The notes below the pieces were generated by a model, which made no database searches, was not told the DNA's origin, and was given only the letters and a program-made list of their open reading frames with translations. Below, in pieces: positions 20,125 through 31,208 of a stretch of DNA of 64,000 bases. A program made the translations under genes and the position numbers. The stretch is from a virus. The stretch lies in IMG/VR virus record IMGVR_UViG_3300008259_000013, positions 1-64,000 of that record. One strand, written 5' to 3'. Each line of letters starts with the position of its first letter. The stretch's first letter is position 1.

Positions 20125-21027
20125 TTACTCTGCTTTCGTGAAGCGACCTTTAGAGTCCCTCACAAATTTATGAGATTTATTCCCGAGTTGCACGGTGACA
20201 GAAACTTCATTTTCAGAATCGTCATCGTCATCGTCGTCCCAATCTGAATCATCGTCATAGTCTTCATCAGAATTATCTGATATGTCATAAGCTGATTGGG
20301 CATCTTTGGTATAATGCTCGGGCAACGGACCAGAATATTCAGCGACAACCTTATACTTGCAAGTGCGGAGCTTCTGGCAATTGCAATCAGAAGGGACCGA
20401 AACGACATCAGCAGGGTCAATCTCGACAATCAGCAAGACTGAACCAGAACCGCCGAAACTAGATGCGTATTCCAGCGATCCAGCATGGAAGCCAACAGAG
20501 CAACCTTGATTATGATCGTCGCAAACAGAGTTGCGAGTCATCTCCAAAGTATTTCCAATAGAATTATTGAACTCACCAGTATGATGATCGGTGTAATCTG
20601 AACGGACACTCTTGTAGGCCAAGAATGTGCCAGCGTCAGTAATCGGAAGATTCTTGTGAGACAAGAATGAATACAGTTCGTTGATCGCTCGGCGGGAAGG
20701 ATTCGCCATCAAACGCTCAAGGAACTTAATGAGGCTTTCATGCGGCAGACCTTTCTCCATGAAGGAGAGGATCTTGTCGGTGAGATAGTTGTGAATCGGT
20801 TCTCCGTTGAAGAAAACCTGACCGTCAACTACTTGGACCTTGTTGCCAGTAAAGGAGGCGAACGCCTTCTTTACGGAAACAAGCTCTTTGAGTGTTTGGT
20901 AATCCTTGGCTTTCAAGGATTCGATTGCTTGCCGCCAACTCGGATGACCGGAGTTGATGGTGTAGGTTTTCCCTTCAAGGCTAACCGTGAGGGAGTTTTC
21001 GGTGAGGATGAATGCAGGTGCTTTCAT
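20125..21027 (-). CDS. rIIB: rIIB-like protein
   Basis: NPS..A..ELY.FL, PIT..G.FLAYK.VR.DY, CS.GFH, DPADVVSVP.D...KLR.CKY; adjacent to rIIA. Confidence 0.85.
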   Translation of the reverse strand: MKAPAFILTENSLTVSLEGKTYTINSGHPSWRQAIESLKAKDYQTLKELVSVKKAFASFTGNKVQVVDGQVFFNGEPIHNYLTDKILSFMEKGLPHESLIKFLERLMANPSRRAINELYSFLSHKNLPITDAGTFLAYKSVRSDYTDHHTGEFNNSIGNTLEMTRNSVCDDHNQGCSVGFHAGSLEYASSFGGSGSVLLIVEIDPADVVSVPSDCNCQKLRTCKYKVVAEYSGPLPEHYTKDAQSAYDISDNSDEDYDDDSDWDDDDDDDSENEVSVTVQLGNKSHKFVRDSKGRFTKAE

Positions 21028-21040
21028 AGACTACGAGCGG

Positions 21041-21068
21041 ATTATGGCTGGGTTTGGACGAGAGTCAA
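21041..21068 (-). promoter_or_regulatory. promoter TTGACT-N16-CATAAT inside rIIA 3' end
   Basis: 13 nt above rIIB ATG. Confidence 0.7.
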
Positions 21069-23228
21069 GGCTTTTTCTTCAAGCTCAAGGTACTTTTGCA
21101 CGATTTTTGGTCCTTTGATTTCGTACCAGTCAACGGCTTTGAAAATTTCGTATTTATTGAAAATACTTTCAATTTCTCTCTTTAGGTCGTGAGTAGGCTT
21201 CAAGCCGCCGCAAACGGTATCCTTGAAACCAGCGCGATTGAATACGTCAATCAAATTATCAGAAGTATCTTTATCAAGATATCCGTTCTTCTTAAACAGA
21301 TAAAAAGACTTAACAAGATCTTGGAACTTGGTAATAGCGGGAATGTTTTTGATATTAATCATGTATTCCCATTGTATGCGATAATCCTTCAAGAAACCTT
21401 GAAGGTGAATATAATTTGCAATTTTCTGGCATTGCCCGTCAGTCCAGTTTTTAGAAATATAATCTTTAACATAAGACTCAAGGCTTTGCCAGTTCTTACT
21501 CTTGGAGGCTTTCTCTGCGGTCTCGGTCTTGAAACAAGCAATTTCAGGGTAGGTGATCTCAAAACCCTTCTCTGAATAATTCAGCAGTTTAATGAATTTT
21601 GAAGGTTCAGTAAGGCAATCAAGGTCAGCAGGATCAAAGAATCGCTTACAATGGAAACGATTGATATGAATGTAAACCCCTCCTTGGTTGAAGTCAAATG
21701 AAGCCTCAGAGAATTGATCACTCTTAACTTTATACCAAGAGTTGGTGGCTTGAAGATTCAACTTAAACTCGTTGATAGAATGCTTGGTATCCCGAATAGC
21801 AGGAGAAGAACCATTAGCGTTCTTGGGGTAAATAATCTTATTAATCTTCTCGCTTGAGGCGAGAGGAATCTCGGACTCCGCCATGCCAACGTCATTGAAC
21901 CAGTCCTTCTTGGCTTGCTCGCTCAAGAACTGAATGACGTAAATAGTAGAAATCCCAGTTTGCCTGTCGTCAAAGACATAATGAGCCAAACGCTGCATGA
22001 ATTTATGATGAGTATCATCAACATACAACCTGCACCAAGAATAGCAGCGAATAGTCTTATTATCGACAATCCGAGAGATTACCCGATCTGACCTCTTACT
22101 CTTAACAATTTCAAAAAGCCTAAAGCCCTTATGGACGTTAGCGGAAGCAGAAATATAATCATTATCAATTTTGATATTGTTCCAAGTGATAGTAGAAAAC
22201 TGCTTTTGGAAACGATAGAAATCACCATGAGCAGAAGTCAAACTATTATAAATGCTTTTGGCCTCGAAAAGACTTTTAGCATTTGTAATCATTCCTTTGA
22301 TCTTCGCGCCAACTTCATCCTTGATGGCTTGGAAACGCTTCCTGATTGCGTTCTGGGTAGTAGTGGAAAACTGCAAGGACTCTCGACTCGCAGAAACCTC
22401 AAGCTCTCCGATATTGAATTCCACAATGAAATCAGAGTGGAAAACGGAGGGAAGGTTATCAACTGAACTGCCATCCAGAGGATACGCAACATTTCCCATG
22501 ATCATCAGGGAAGGAGTCTTGTCCCAAGAATTGCGAGACTTCAAAAACTGCCAGCCTTCGCCACAAAGAACTAGGTCGTTAGTCTTCCAGTAAGTATCCA
22601 AGAAAGACTGTTCAATGTTTGCAATTTGAGGCTTGTTCTTGAAATACTTGAAGAAAGTAGCAATAGTTTCTTTGAAAGTGTGAATATCCCGAATCCTAAC
22701 AGGAATCATAATCTCAACACCATCAGGCTCAGAAGTAGCCTCCTCAGACATCTTGAGTATCTGGCCGATCTTGGTTTCATCCAAGAAAGCGTTGTAGGTA
22801 TAGAGAGTCCCCTGATGAAAACTCCTGATTACGAAATTATCGCCATAAGCGAAACCAGACTTGGAGCCAAGGCCAAGCTGACCAATCAGAGCATTACTGT
22901 TGCGCTTGGTTGACTCTCCGTAAAAGGCGTAAACGTCAGCAATCTCTTCAGGGGACAGACCAAGGCCAAAATCACGCACCTTGAAGGAGGGATCGTCCAA
23001 GGTGGGACAGGTCACAATGAACTGCTTGTCTGAATTGCCAGCTTCGACTTGAGCGTCATAGGCATTGCAAGAGTATTCTCGGATGACTGCGAGAATCTTG
23101 TTTGAGTAGAGTTGGTTGCGAAGGACGTTGAAAATGTGGGCGAGACCCTCTTTCTTGATTCCGAAAGAGATACCATCATTTTCTATGCCAGACTTGCGGA
23201 CGGTGTAAGGTTTTTCCAGAGCGATCAT
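21042..23228 (-). CDS. rIIA: rIIA-like protein (GHKL ATPase N-terminus)
   Basis: LYSNKILAVIREYSCNAYDA, VRDFGLGLS, YGESTK, GQLGLGSKS, MGNVAYP, IGELEVSASRESL. Confidence 0.9.
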   Translation of the reverse strand: MIALEKPYTVRKSGIENDGISFGIKKEGLAHIFNVLRNQLYSNKILAVIREYSCNAYDAQVEAGNSDKQFIVTCPTLDDPSFKVRDFGLGLSPEEIADVYAFYGESTKRNSNALIGQLGLGSKSGFAYGDNFVIRSFHQGTLYTYNAFLDETKIGQILKMSEEATSEPDGVEIMIPVRIRDIHTFKETIATFFKYFKNKPQIANIEQSFLDTYWKTNDLVLCGEGWQFLKSRNSWDKTPSLMIMGNVAYPLDGSSVDNLPSVFHSDFIVEFNIGELEVSASRESLQFSTTTQNAIRKRFQAIKDEVGAKIKGMITNAKSLFEAKSIYNSLTSAHGDFYRFQKQFSTITWNNIKIDNDYISASANVHKGFRLFEIVKSKRSDRVISRIVDNKTIRCYSWCRLYVDDTHHKFMQRLAHYVFDDRQTGISTIYVIQFLSEQAKKDWFNDVGMAESEIPLASSEKINKIIYPKNANGSSPAIRDTKHSINEFKLNLQATNSWYKVKSDQFSEASFDFNQGGVYIHINRFHCKRFFDPADLDCLTEPSKFIKLLNYSEKGFEITYPEIACFKTETAEKASKSKNWQSLESYVKDYISKNWTDGQCQKIANYIHLQGFLKDYRIQWEYMINIKNIPAITKFQDLVKSFYLFKKNGYLDKDTSDNLIDVFNRAGFKDTVCGGLKPTHDLKREIESIFNKYEIFKAVDWYEIKGPKIVQKYLELEEKALTLVQTQP

Positions 23229-23264
23229 GCAGCAGACGTAAGTTAGAGTTCAGACTACCCACCG

Positions 23265-23292
23265 AATCTACACCCTTATGCCCTGCGGTCAA
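23265..23292 (-). promoter_or_regulatory. promoter TTGACC-N16-TAGATT for rIIA
   Basis: Consensus match upstream of rIIA. Confidence 0.7.
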
Positions 23293-23362
23293 GCTCGACT
23301 TTGAAAAATTTTTTGAGCGAAAACCCCAGCAAAAACGGGGGTTTCAGAGATTTTCTCGCCTG

Positions 23363-24232
23363 TCAACGCTTTTTTACCACGCACTTTTCACCAGTCTCTT
23401 CGGTCATCTTCTCGGCCCAACTCCTTGCCATGCCGAGGCCCTCCTTGGAAGGAGGGAATGCGCCGAAATTAAATTTCCTATTCTGCGAAATTACCTGATA
23501 AAAATTAAATCCCTTTTTTCCGCTTGCCTTTTTTGTTGTTTTTGCTTTTCGCTTCTTCATCTATTTCTTTTTGAATAGCATCAAGTTCTTTTTCTAATTT
23601 ATTTATCACTTCTATTTCCATTTGCGCTCTGGGAATTAGCGTTTCTAACTTGTTTCTTAGCTTATTCCATTCTCTTTCTGCTTGAGGGTGATTGCTAGAT
23701 TCCCACTTTTCCATTGCTGCTATCGTAGTGTCCATTTCTTTTTCCCACCAATTAACGCTTTGAGTAGAAACAAGAGTGCGATTTACTATATCTTGAACTC
23801 TTTGCTCTCTATCTTTATTGATTGACATATTCAAGAATTGTTTTTGTTAAATGAACGGCTTGACTATGTGAATTAGGGTTTATTGATTTATCTAATTCTT
23901 TCATTTTTTCATCGTCTTGTAGAACTGCTAACAGCAATTCTTTTAGTAATTCATTTAAGGTTTCTTTATTCATAATCATCTTGGTTATCATTTCCATCGT
24001 CTGTGCAATTATCATTAGCGTATTCCTCTAATAGCTCTTCTATTAATTCAGTTACGCTTTCTTTTAATTCATCTCTGCCAAGGTCAGCAAATTCATCTAA
24101 TGTCTTTAGCCTTTTTACTATATGTAAACCCAATTCTATCTTCATATTTACAAATACACTTATAGAATCAACTATACATAAAATCTTAAAAATGTTTACA
24201 TTAGTTATCTGAGAATCGCTTATTTGGCTCAA
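23363..24232 (-). other. four small hypothetical CDS (23363-23560, 23505-23834, 23815-24015, 23966-24232)
   Basis: Overlapping ORFs; exact starts uncertain. Confidence 0.6.
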
Positions 24233-24327
24233 AATCGCACAAACATGGAACTTTTTACAAAAACAATATTCCTTTCGTTTAGAAAAAAGTCAAGTCTTTT
24301 AATAGAAAAAGTGTAATAGCATTCAAT

Positions 24328-25764
24328 ATGACTCTTAATTTCACAGATCAAATCAGAGCCGCAAAAGAAAAAAAGACTTTAAATAAGCCATTCAGAACTC
24401 CCGGTGGCCCAAAAAAGTTTTCTGTTTATACAAAAAACGAAAAAGGAAACGTAGTAAAAGTCAATTTTGGTGATCCAAACATGGAAATCAAAAGAGACAA
24501 CCCAGCTAGAAGAAAAAACTTCAGAGCTAGGCATAATTGCGCTAATCCCGGCCCTAAATGGAAAGCTCGTTACTGGTCTTGCTATCAATGGAGAGCGGGT
24601 GCGCCAGTAAAAGGATCTGAAGAAGTTACTGTTAGTTTAGAAGCAGAAGCCGCAAAGGGTCTCTGGTACAATATTCAAAAGAAAAAAGAACGTCTTGGTC
24701 AGAGTTATAAGCCAGCCAAACCCGGCGATAAAGATTATCCAAAACAAGACGCTCTAAAGAAAGCCCAAGCAGAGGAGGAAGAGTGGGATGGCGCAACTTT
24801 TTGGGACCAAGCAGAGCTTCTTAAAATTTGGCCTGACCTTGCTAAAGCAGAAGAAGTAGAAATGGAATCAGAAGAAGATGAATTTGAAGAATACAAGAGT
24901 GATTTCTTAGGAATGTCGATTGGGTCTTTGAGATCAATACAAGGCCATGTAAATGCTATACTAGCAAACCTTGAAAACCCTAACATAAAAGAGAATCTAA
25001 CCGAATCGTGGCTACAGGGGAAAATTGCTGTCACAGAAGACTACATGATAATGATACATAATTACGTCATGTTTAATCAAGAAGATGATTATTCTAATGC
25101 TAGTGAAGATGGCGAAATGGAAGATGAGGAGGATGAGTATGAAAATGGATCTATGGTTAGAAACATAAATCCTTCTTGCGATCACTACGGAAGCGAAGGG
25201 ATAGTAGAATCAGTAGAACAATTGCCTAATAGAATGGGCAAAGTAGTAAAGTACAAAGTAACAAATGACGGGCCTACCTATAAAAAGGGAGATATTCTTA
25301 CCAAAACCAAAGACCAGCTAATAAGATCAAGAGCCTCTTATGAATCTGAAGAAGAGTACCAATCAATGTATCAAACCGAAGGAAAGAACTTCAGGCAATT
25401 TTTGCAAAAATGTATTCCTTCTAAAGACGGATCTGATAAAGAGAAGTTCCAATCTTGCTTATTAGAATACAAAAAAGGGCAATCTACAAAAGCAAAATTA
25501 TTCCAGCCACCTCTTATGCTTGATAAAGAGGCAACAAAATTAGTAAATGAAACATATAAAAAAGTTGTCGAGCCAAGCATACATAAAGATAAAGAAAAAA
25601 GAGTTGGCCCATTCACAGAAGACGATATGGAATTCCAACTAAAGTATGAAAAAACTGTTAATCCTGATTATCCTGTAAAAAGCCCAGTAACTAAAAAGCA
25701 GATCTTCACTCCAAAAGAGTTAAATAAATCTTTAAAACCTTACCCGGGAGACACTAAGATATAA
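24328..25764 (+). CDS. modular, probably head-associated phage protein
   Basis: KPFRTPGGPKKF..VNFGD..RRKNFRARHNC..ARYWSC and GLW.NI..K..PGDKDYP modules typical of large-phage virion proteins; GTGTAA upstream. Confidence 0.65.
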   Translation: MTLNFTDQIRAAKEKKTLNKPFRTPGGPKKFSVYTKNEKGNVVKVNFGDPNMEIKRDNPARRKNFRARHNCANPGPKWKARYWSCYQWRAGAPVKGSEEVTVSLEAEAAKGLWYNIQKKKERLGQSYKPAKPGDKDYPKQDALKKAQAEEEEWDGATFWDQAELLKIWPDLAKAEEVEMESEEDEFEEYKSDFLGMSIGSLRSIQGHVNAILANLENPNIKENLTESWLQGKIAVTEDYMIMIHNYVMFNQEDDYSNASEDGEMEDEEDEYENGSMVRNINPSCDHYGSEGIVESVEQLPNRMGKVVKYKVTNDGPTYKKGDILTKTKDQLIRSRASYESEEEYQSMYQTEGKNFRQFLQKCIPSKDGSDKEKFQSCLLEYKKGQSTKAKLFQPPLMLDKEATKLVNETYKKVVEPSIHKDKEKRVGPFTEDDMEFQLKYEKTVNPDYPVKSPVTKKQIFTPKELNKSLKPYPGDTKI

Positions 25765-25770
25765 AACAAA

Positions 25771-25795
25771 GGCCAGCCGAAAGGCTGGCTTTTTT
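25771..25795. terminator. intrinsic terminator
   Basis: GGCCAGCC-GAAA-GGCTGGCT-TTTTT. Confidence 0.85.
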
Positions 25796-26336
25796 ATTGT
25801 CCCCAATAGACTTTTTCATTTCTCTTGTAATATTTGAGGTTTTCTCTGGCATTCTTGGAAACAAAATGCTTATCTTTGTAAAGTAAATAATTATTAGGAA
25901 GAAAAGCAAATTGCCCGTTTTCTAATTCTATCATGTTTAATGGCTTATGCTCTTGGGGATATCTGCTAAAGCCATCTTTCCAATCAATAATTATTCCAGT
26001 ATGTCTAGCCTTTATTGTAAATATTTCTATGGGTTCGCATTCTAATCCTTCTAGGTATTTAGAATGAAAGATGTCTAACTCATCTCCCATTGCTGCCCAA
26101 GGCATCAAAGCGTCTTCAGGATAATCAAAATTTTCTTTGACAGACAAAGCCTGAACTGGTAAGCCGCTCCAATTAGCACCAGACTCAAGCAAAACATGAC
26201 ACATTAATACCTGATCAGATCTACAATAAACAGAATGCCAAATGGCCGGGGTAAAGCCACTTGGCATCTTTTCTCCAAGAAATCTATTATTAACATTTAC
26301 ATAAATGTGGAAAGGAAGATTTGCATGGCGCGACAT
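25794..26336 (-). CDS. conserved hypothetical phage protein
   Basis: 180 aa; HVLLESGA.WSGLP, QEHK, NGQFA.LPNN; GTGTAA upstream. Confidence 0.75.
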   Translation of the reverse strand: MSRHANLPFHIYVNVNNRFLGEKMPSGFTPAIWHSVYCRSDQVLMCHVLLESGANWSGLPVQALSVKENFDYPEDALMPWAAMGDELDIFHSKYLEGLECEPIEIFTIKARHTGIIIDWKDGFSRYPQEHKPLNMIELENGQFAFLPNNYLLYKDKHFVSKNARENLKYYKRNEKVYWGQ

Positions 26337-26348
26337 AATTGTATTGTA

Positions 26349-26854
26349 TTACACAACTAAGTCTTTTTCAAAGTCAATGTCTACAGAATAATTGGAAGAG
26401 CTATTCCGAGCAAGATTTTTTTCTATGAAAGTTTTAATAATCGTTAAAAACTCCACAGGTACTTCTGCTTGCTTGTTTATTTCTAAATAAATTTCTATTA
26501 CTCTGATAGTGATTATACTGATTATGTCAGTATCATCTACAAGATTTTTATCTTGCTCTCCTAAATGTAGGATGAAAGTTCTTTTGCTCATGCAGGTTGC
26601 AGTTCGACTATTTCTTCTTTTTTAAGCAGATCTTTTACTAGCGTAAAAATAGAGTCATTCAAGGCGTGGACTGTTTTCGTGCCATGCTTGGACAAAAATT
26701 TGCTAATCTTTTTATCTTTTTCTGGGCAGATAGCAATTTCGCCAAGAACTTTTTCTAGTTTATCGCCAACTCTCCACAGAGATTCGTGTCCATTTTGGTA
26801 GATGAACTCGTTAATGTCGAACAGTTGGTCTTTGGTTAGTATCGTTTCTGTCAT
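26349..26854 (-). other. two hypothetical CDS (26349-26591, 26588-26854)
   Basis: ORF track. Confidence 0.65.
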
Positions 26855-27027
26855 TTAATGTAATTGTAACTATTTTGGAACTTGCGAAAGGTAAAGAAAG
26901 GAGATGAACTGCCAATATTGCGGAGAAGAATTTGCTCTAAAAAGAAATTGGATTGCTAAAAAGTGTCTCTGTGATGACGAAGAGAGATTTATTTCTCTTG
27001 ACGAATGGTATTGTTCTTTGTTCAAGG

Positions 27028-27105
27028 TGGCGTTCCCGACAGGATTCGAACCTGTGACCATTCGCTTAGAAGGCGAATGCTCTAATCCAACTGAGCTACG
27101 GGAAC
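27028..27105 (-). tRNA. tRNA-Arg(TCT)
   Basis: GTTCCCG acceptor, TTCGC-CT-TCT-AA-GCGAA, GTTCGAATC, encoded CCA. Confidence 0.95.
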
Positions 27106-27122
27106 CCAAACCTTACGCTTCT

Positions 27123-27150
27123 ATTATGAACCTTTTGAGACGGAAGTCAA
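27123..27150 (-). promoter_or_regulatory. promoter TTGACT-N16-CATAAT for tRNA-Arg
   Basis: Consensus match 17 nt above tRNA. Confidence 0.75.
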
Positions 27151-29344
27151 GATTTTTTTCTCGTCTTTTGTGGGCTTAATTAGATCCAAATCTAAAATAA
27201 ATAACCCCCCAGAAAAAGAAGCCTTCCAAAAAACACTCCAAAAGATGGCTTTTTGCATGGCATTAATTACTGCTTCATTGCTGCCCCAGCCGCCAGTAGC
27301 GATTTCTAATGCCTTAAAATTTTTATAACTGAAAGATGAAAGTTTATCGTAATTATCAATAACTTCCCACTTTCCATAGTGCTTATTAAATGCACTCTCA
27401 GCAAAAGCTAAGAAAGACTCAGGCTCCCAGTTATTATTTCTATACCAATAGGAAATCGAAGAAAGCGTTTCGTCTGTAACATAGCCTTCCGAATCGAATG
27501 TGGCTTTCATTTTTTATCGAAATTTCTGGACCACACGCAAAATTGCACCAATGTACGCAAACCCCAAGCCTCAAGGAAAGTAATTCTTTTAGCCAATATT
27601 ATGCTTGGCATTATCCAATTCCATAGATAATAAACACAAGTTATACAAATAATATTAAGTATTATTTCTAATAGTATTGCTTTTATTATTACTTTTGTCA
27701 TGGAGTTTTAATTTTTAATTATTTCCTAAATTCAGCTTGCGAAGTTCTTCGTCATCAACAAATTTGAAGTCTTTTGGTTTAGAAAGTCCAGCGTGGTGAG
27801 TCTTTATCCAGCCTTTGGTATTATGACCAATATCTTCAAATTTACCAGTAGTTTCGCAAATAGAATAACTAATTTCCTCCACAAAAGAAACCACAGCACC
27901 AATTTGCTCATCGCCACCGCAATAATAGAACCTTAAGCCGCCAAACTTTTCTTTTACTTGTACGGCTTTTACTTGTTCAATTTTTTTGTATTGATCTGGA
28001 TATTTTTCAGCCCATCTGTTATTTCGATCTATCTTATTTTGGATATGCTTACTGAGCCAGTAGAGGATGCGGAACCATCCATCGCCGCACTCAAATCCAA
28101 ATAGAGAGTATGGGTTATTTGATCCTTCCTCCTTTTTATAAATTAGTGGGAAGTTTTCTACGAGATATTTTTCGCGTTCTTCAGTCATAGGATTATTCTG
28201 TTAAAGTGGCTTCTTCTAATTCGTAATTGTGATTCTCTTTGAAAGTATTGATATACTTTTGGGCGTTTTCTTTCTTTAGATATACTTTTTCAATCACTCT
28301 TTCATTGCTTCTGTAAGTGATTACATAGTATATTTTTAATTTAAGATCATTTACTGCGGCGATTGATGCAGCAGCAATTAAAATTAGAATTAAGTATTTC
28401 ATTAAAAATCTATTTTCTTACAGTTTTTATTATCATTCCAACCTTCAGGAGCAAAGTAAACTACCGCTTCATATTTTAAATTATGAAAGCATATATATTC
28501 CATTCTTTTATCAGAATCTTTATAGTCGAGCATGACTTCAAAACCGGGATAAAAAACACTATGTATAGTTTCGTCTCTAAATGGAAAATCTGGGAATTGT
28601 AATTCAACACCAACTTGTTTAGTGCTTGAACTTATTGAACAACCTTGTTTTGCGTATTTAATTTTATGAGAATCTGTTTTGCTATTCCATTCAACAACAA
28701 CAATAATAAATCCATTCTCTAGTTCATAAGCATTGGTTATCTTCGCACCGAAACCAATCTTATTAAAGTGATCAGCCTCTTCATCAGAATGCCGAAAGTC
28801 AAGATATGCTCTCATATATTAATTAAGAACTGTTTTAGTAATATTACAATTCAAGAAGTCTTTTTTATTCAGAATGAATGATTGCTCTTCAATGTAAATA
28901 TAGTCGCTGGTTTTTTCGTTTAATTGAGTATAAATATTGCTTATAGCTAATTCCAAAGTATCAAGGATCTTTCTTGAATTTGTCTCCATTTCCTCTTGAT
29001 TGTCAGTTTCTACGGTATAGCTATAACAACTAGTATATACTTTACCATTTTGAAGATAAGAAATATCTAAACTTATCTTTAACTTCTTTACAACAGAGAC
29101 AACATTCTTAACAGATTCGGGGGCTTTTTTCTTGAAAAACATATTAAAAATAATGAAGGTAATACTCTTTTAGTTTATCCGTAAATTGATAAAACTCTTC
29201 GCGGTCCATAGATACGCGAACTTGCTGCTGATTGTCAATGTCAGAAAGTTGGATAATAATCTTAGGTTCTGATTTATGATTATCATTTATTCCTATGCCG
29301 TAAGTAAATTTATTGTCCAGACTTTTTATTGGATAGTTTGTCAT
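27124..29344 (-). other. array of hypothetical CDS (27124-27510, 27507-27701, 27715-28188, 28193-28402, 28402-28815, 28819-29142, 29144-29344)
   Basis: Abutting ORFs; 27715-28188 has the common GW..QVKEKFGGLRFY phage motif. Confidence 0.75.
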
Positions 29345-29399
29345 ATTTTTTCTTGGCTGCGTCAGATAGGGGAAGAGTCTTTGCCAACTGTTCTAGGGC

Positions 29400-29428
29400 A
29401 GTATGATCGTCTTTGAGCGCATTGTCAA
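29400..29428 (-). promoter_or_regulatory. promoter TTGACA-N17-CATACT
   Basis: Consensus match at head of minus-strand array. Confidence 0.65.
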
Positions 29429-29486
29429 GGCGATCTTTGAGTGTCGGGAACTTTTTTTTCATGCGTTAATAGTGTAATCTATACTG

Positions 29487-30191
29487 ATGAAAGTCAAGAC
29501 TGTTTTTATTAGCGATTGCCATCTTGGCAGCAGCTTTTGCAATCATCAGAAATTAGTAGATTTTATATCTGATATTGAGTGCGAAAAGTTATATATTGTG
29601 GGCGATTTCATAGATGGTTGGTTATTAAAACAAAATTTCAAATGGCACAATAATTATAATCTTATTATACAAAAAATACTACGTCTAAGTAGAAAAGGAA
29701 CGCAAGTATATTATGTCTTCGGTAATCATGATGACTTTTTAGAGCATTATAATGGGTTACATTTTGGTGACAACATTACATTGTGCCGCGAAACTGATTT
29801 TATAGCAATGAATGGTAAGAAATATCTTATTATACATGGCGATCAATTTGATGGTATTATCACAGAACATAAATGGATACAACACGTTGGATCTTTTATT
29901 TATGAAATAAGTTTGGGGCTAAATAAATTATTCAGAATATTTAAATTTAGCTTTAGTAATTTCTTAAAACAAAAAGCAAAAGAAGCAGTAAAGTATATCA
30001 GTAATTACGAATATGTATTATCTGATTATTGCAAAGGCAAAGGTTATGATGGCGTTGTAACTGGTCATATTCATCAACCAGCAGATAAAAATATTAATGA
30101 TATTCATTATCTTAACTGCGGCGACTGGATCGAAAGTAATACAGCAATTATAGAAACAATCGAAGGAGAAATTAAATTAATAAACCTATGA
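29487..30191 (+). CDS. LpxH2/PlcP-like calcineurin-like metallophosphoesterase
   Basis: FISDCHLG, VGDFIDGW, GNHDD, IIHGDQFD, GHIH, YLNCGDWIES motifs. Confidence 0.85.
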   Translation: MKVKTVFISDCHLGSSFCNHQKLVDFISDIECEKLYIVGDFIDGWLLKQNFKWHNNYNLIIQKILRLSRKGTQVYYVFGNHDDFLEHYNGLHFGDNITLCRETDFIAMNGKKYLIIHGDQFDGIITEHKWIQHVGSFIYEISLGLNKLFRIFKFSFSNFLKQKAKEAVKYISNYEYVLSDYCKGKGYDGVVTGHIHQPADKNINDIHYLNCGDWIESNTAIIETIEGEIKLINL

Positions 30192-31204
30192 AAGTATTAT
30201 TCGGCGTACAAAGCGAAGGCAACGGACATATGACACAAGCGTTATGCGTTCAAGAATATTTAAAAACAAGGAATTATGAAATCGGCCCCGCATTTGTGGC
30301 TAAGAAAAATAAAGGATTAGCAAAGTATTTTACAGATGCATTTGATACTTTTGAATACGAAGGCTTCGATTTTGTATTTGGCAAGGATGGTAAAGTCATT
30401 ATCTGGCAGACTTTCTTAAAAGGTTGCATAGAAATGCCAAAATTAATATATTCTTTTATTAAAATCTGCGCCAAGATTAAAAAAGAAAAACCAGATATGA
30501 TTGTTAATTTTTATGAGCCGCTTGTTGGCTTGACTGCTATATTTTTTCGTGATATTAAATATATTAGCTTTGGTCATCAGTATGCAATGGAATCATCACG
30601 ATATCCAAAAATAGATGGTTTTTTATTTCAAAAAATATTCTTAGGTATAATAAATGGTATTACGAGTATAGAATCTAAAATTGTGGCTTTAAGTTATTAC
30701 AAATTTGATAGCGAAGATATGATTGTTTGCCCACCTATATTAAGAAAAGAAAGTTATAATACATCAAATAAAACAGAAAACTTTGTCCTTGTTTATTTAA
30801 TGAATGAAGATATGGTTTCTGGATTAGTAGATAATGCCGCGCTACATCCTGATTTAAATATTGAATGTTTTACAAAGCTTACTCGCAAACATCAAACAAT
30901 ATCTAATGTCAAATTATATAATTTAGACGGCCAACTCTTTCAAGAAAAGATGAAAGTATGTAATGCAGTTGTATGCAGCGGTGGTTTTGAAACAAGTGCA
31001 GAAGCTATACTACAACACAAACCTTTATTAATGGTTCCGTTGCCAAATCATTTTGAGCAATACGCTAACTGTAATGACGCGAAAATACATGGTTTTTGTA
31101 ATTATAATTCGCGCATTGATTTATCTTTAATACCTAATAAACAAATGAACAATGATGAATGGTTTAATAGTTATAAAGAAGTGTTAGATGAAGTTTTTGA
31201 ATGA
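30188..31204 (+). CDS. GT-B glycosyltransferase (MJ1255-like)
   Basis: GVQSEGNGH, NFYEP, GHQ, PPILR, SGGFETSAEA..KP..VP...HFEQ..N. Confidence 0.85.
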   Translation: MKVLFGVQSEGNGHMTQALCVQEYLKTRNYEIGPAFVAKKNKGLAKYFTDAFDTFEYEGFDFVFGKDGKVIIWQTFLKGCIEMPKLIYSFIKICAKIKKEKPDMIVNFYEPLVGLTAIFFRDIKYISFGHQYAMESSRYPKIDGFLFQKIFLGIINGITSIESKIVALSYYKFDSEDMIVCPPILRKESYNTSNKTENFVLVYLMNEDMVSGLVDNAALHPDLNIECFTKLTRKHQTISNVKLYNLDGQLFQEKMKVCNAVVCSGGFETSAEAILQHKPLLMVPLPNHFEQYANCNDAKIHGFCNYNSRIDLSLIPNKQMNNDEWFNSYKEVLDEVFE

Positions 31205-31208
31205 AATT

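Noticed and set aside
454-23498. Many plus-strand ORFs antisense to the minus-strand array (e.g. 609-1025, 3871-4251, 20740-21192, 22252-22593)
   Set aside because: Shadow ORFs of better-supported genes; no promoter motif or recognisable domains
26870-27179. ORFs 26870-27109 (-) and 26904-27179 (+)
   Set aside because: Overlap the clear tRNA-Arg gene; as called they are shadow frames
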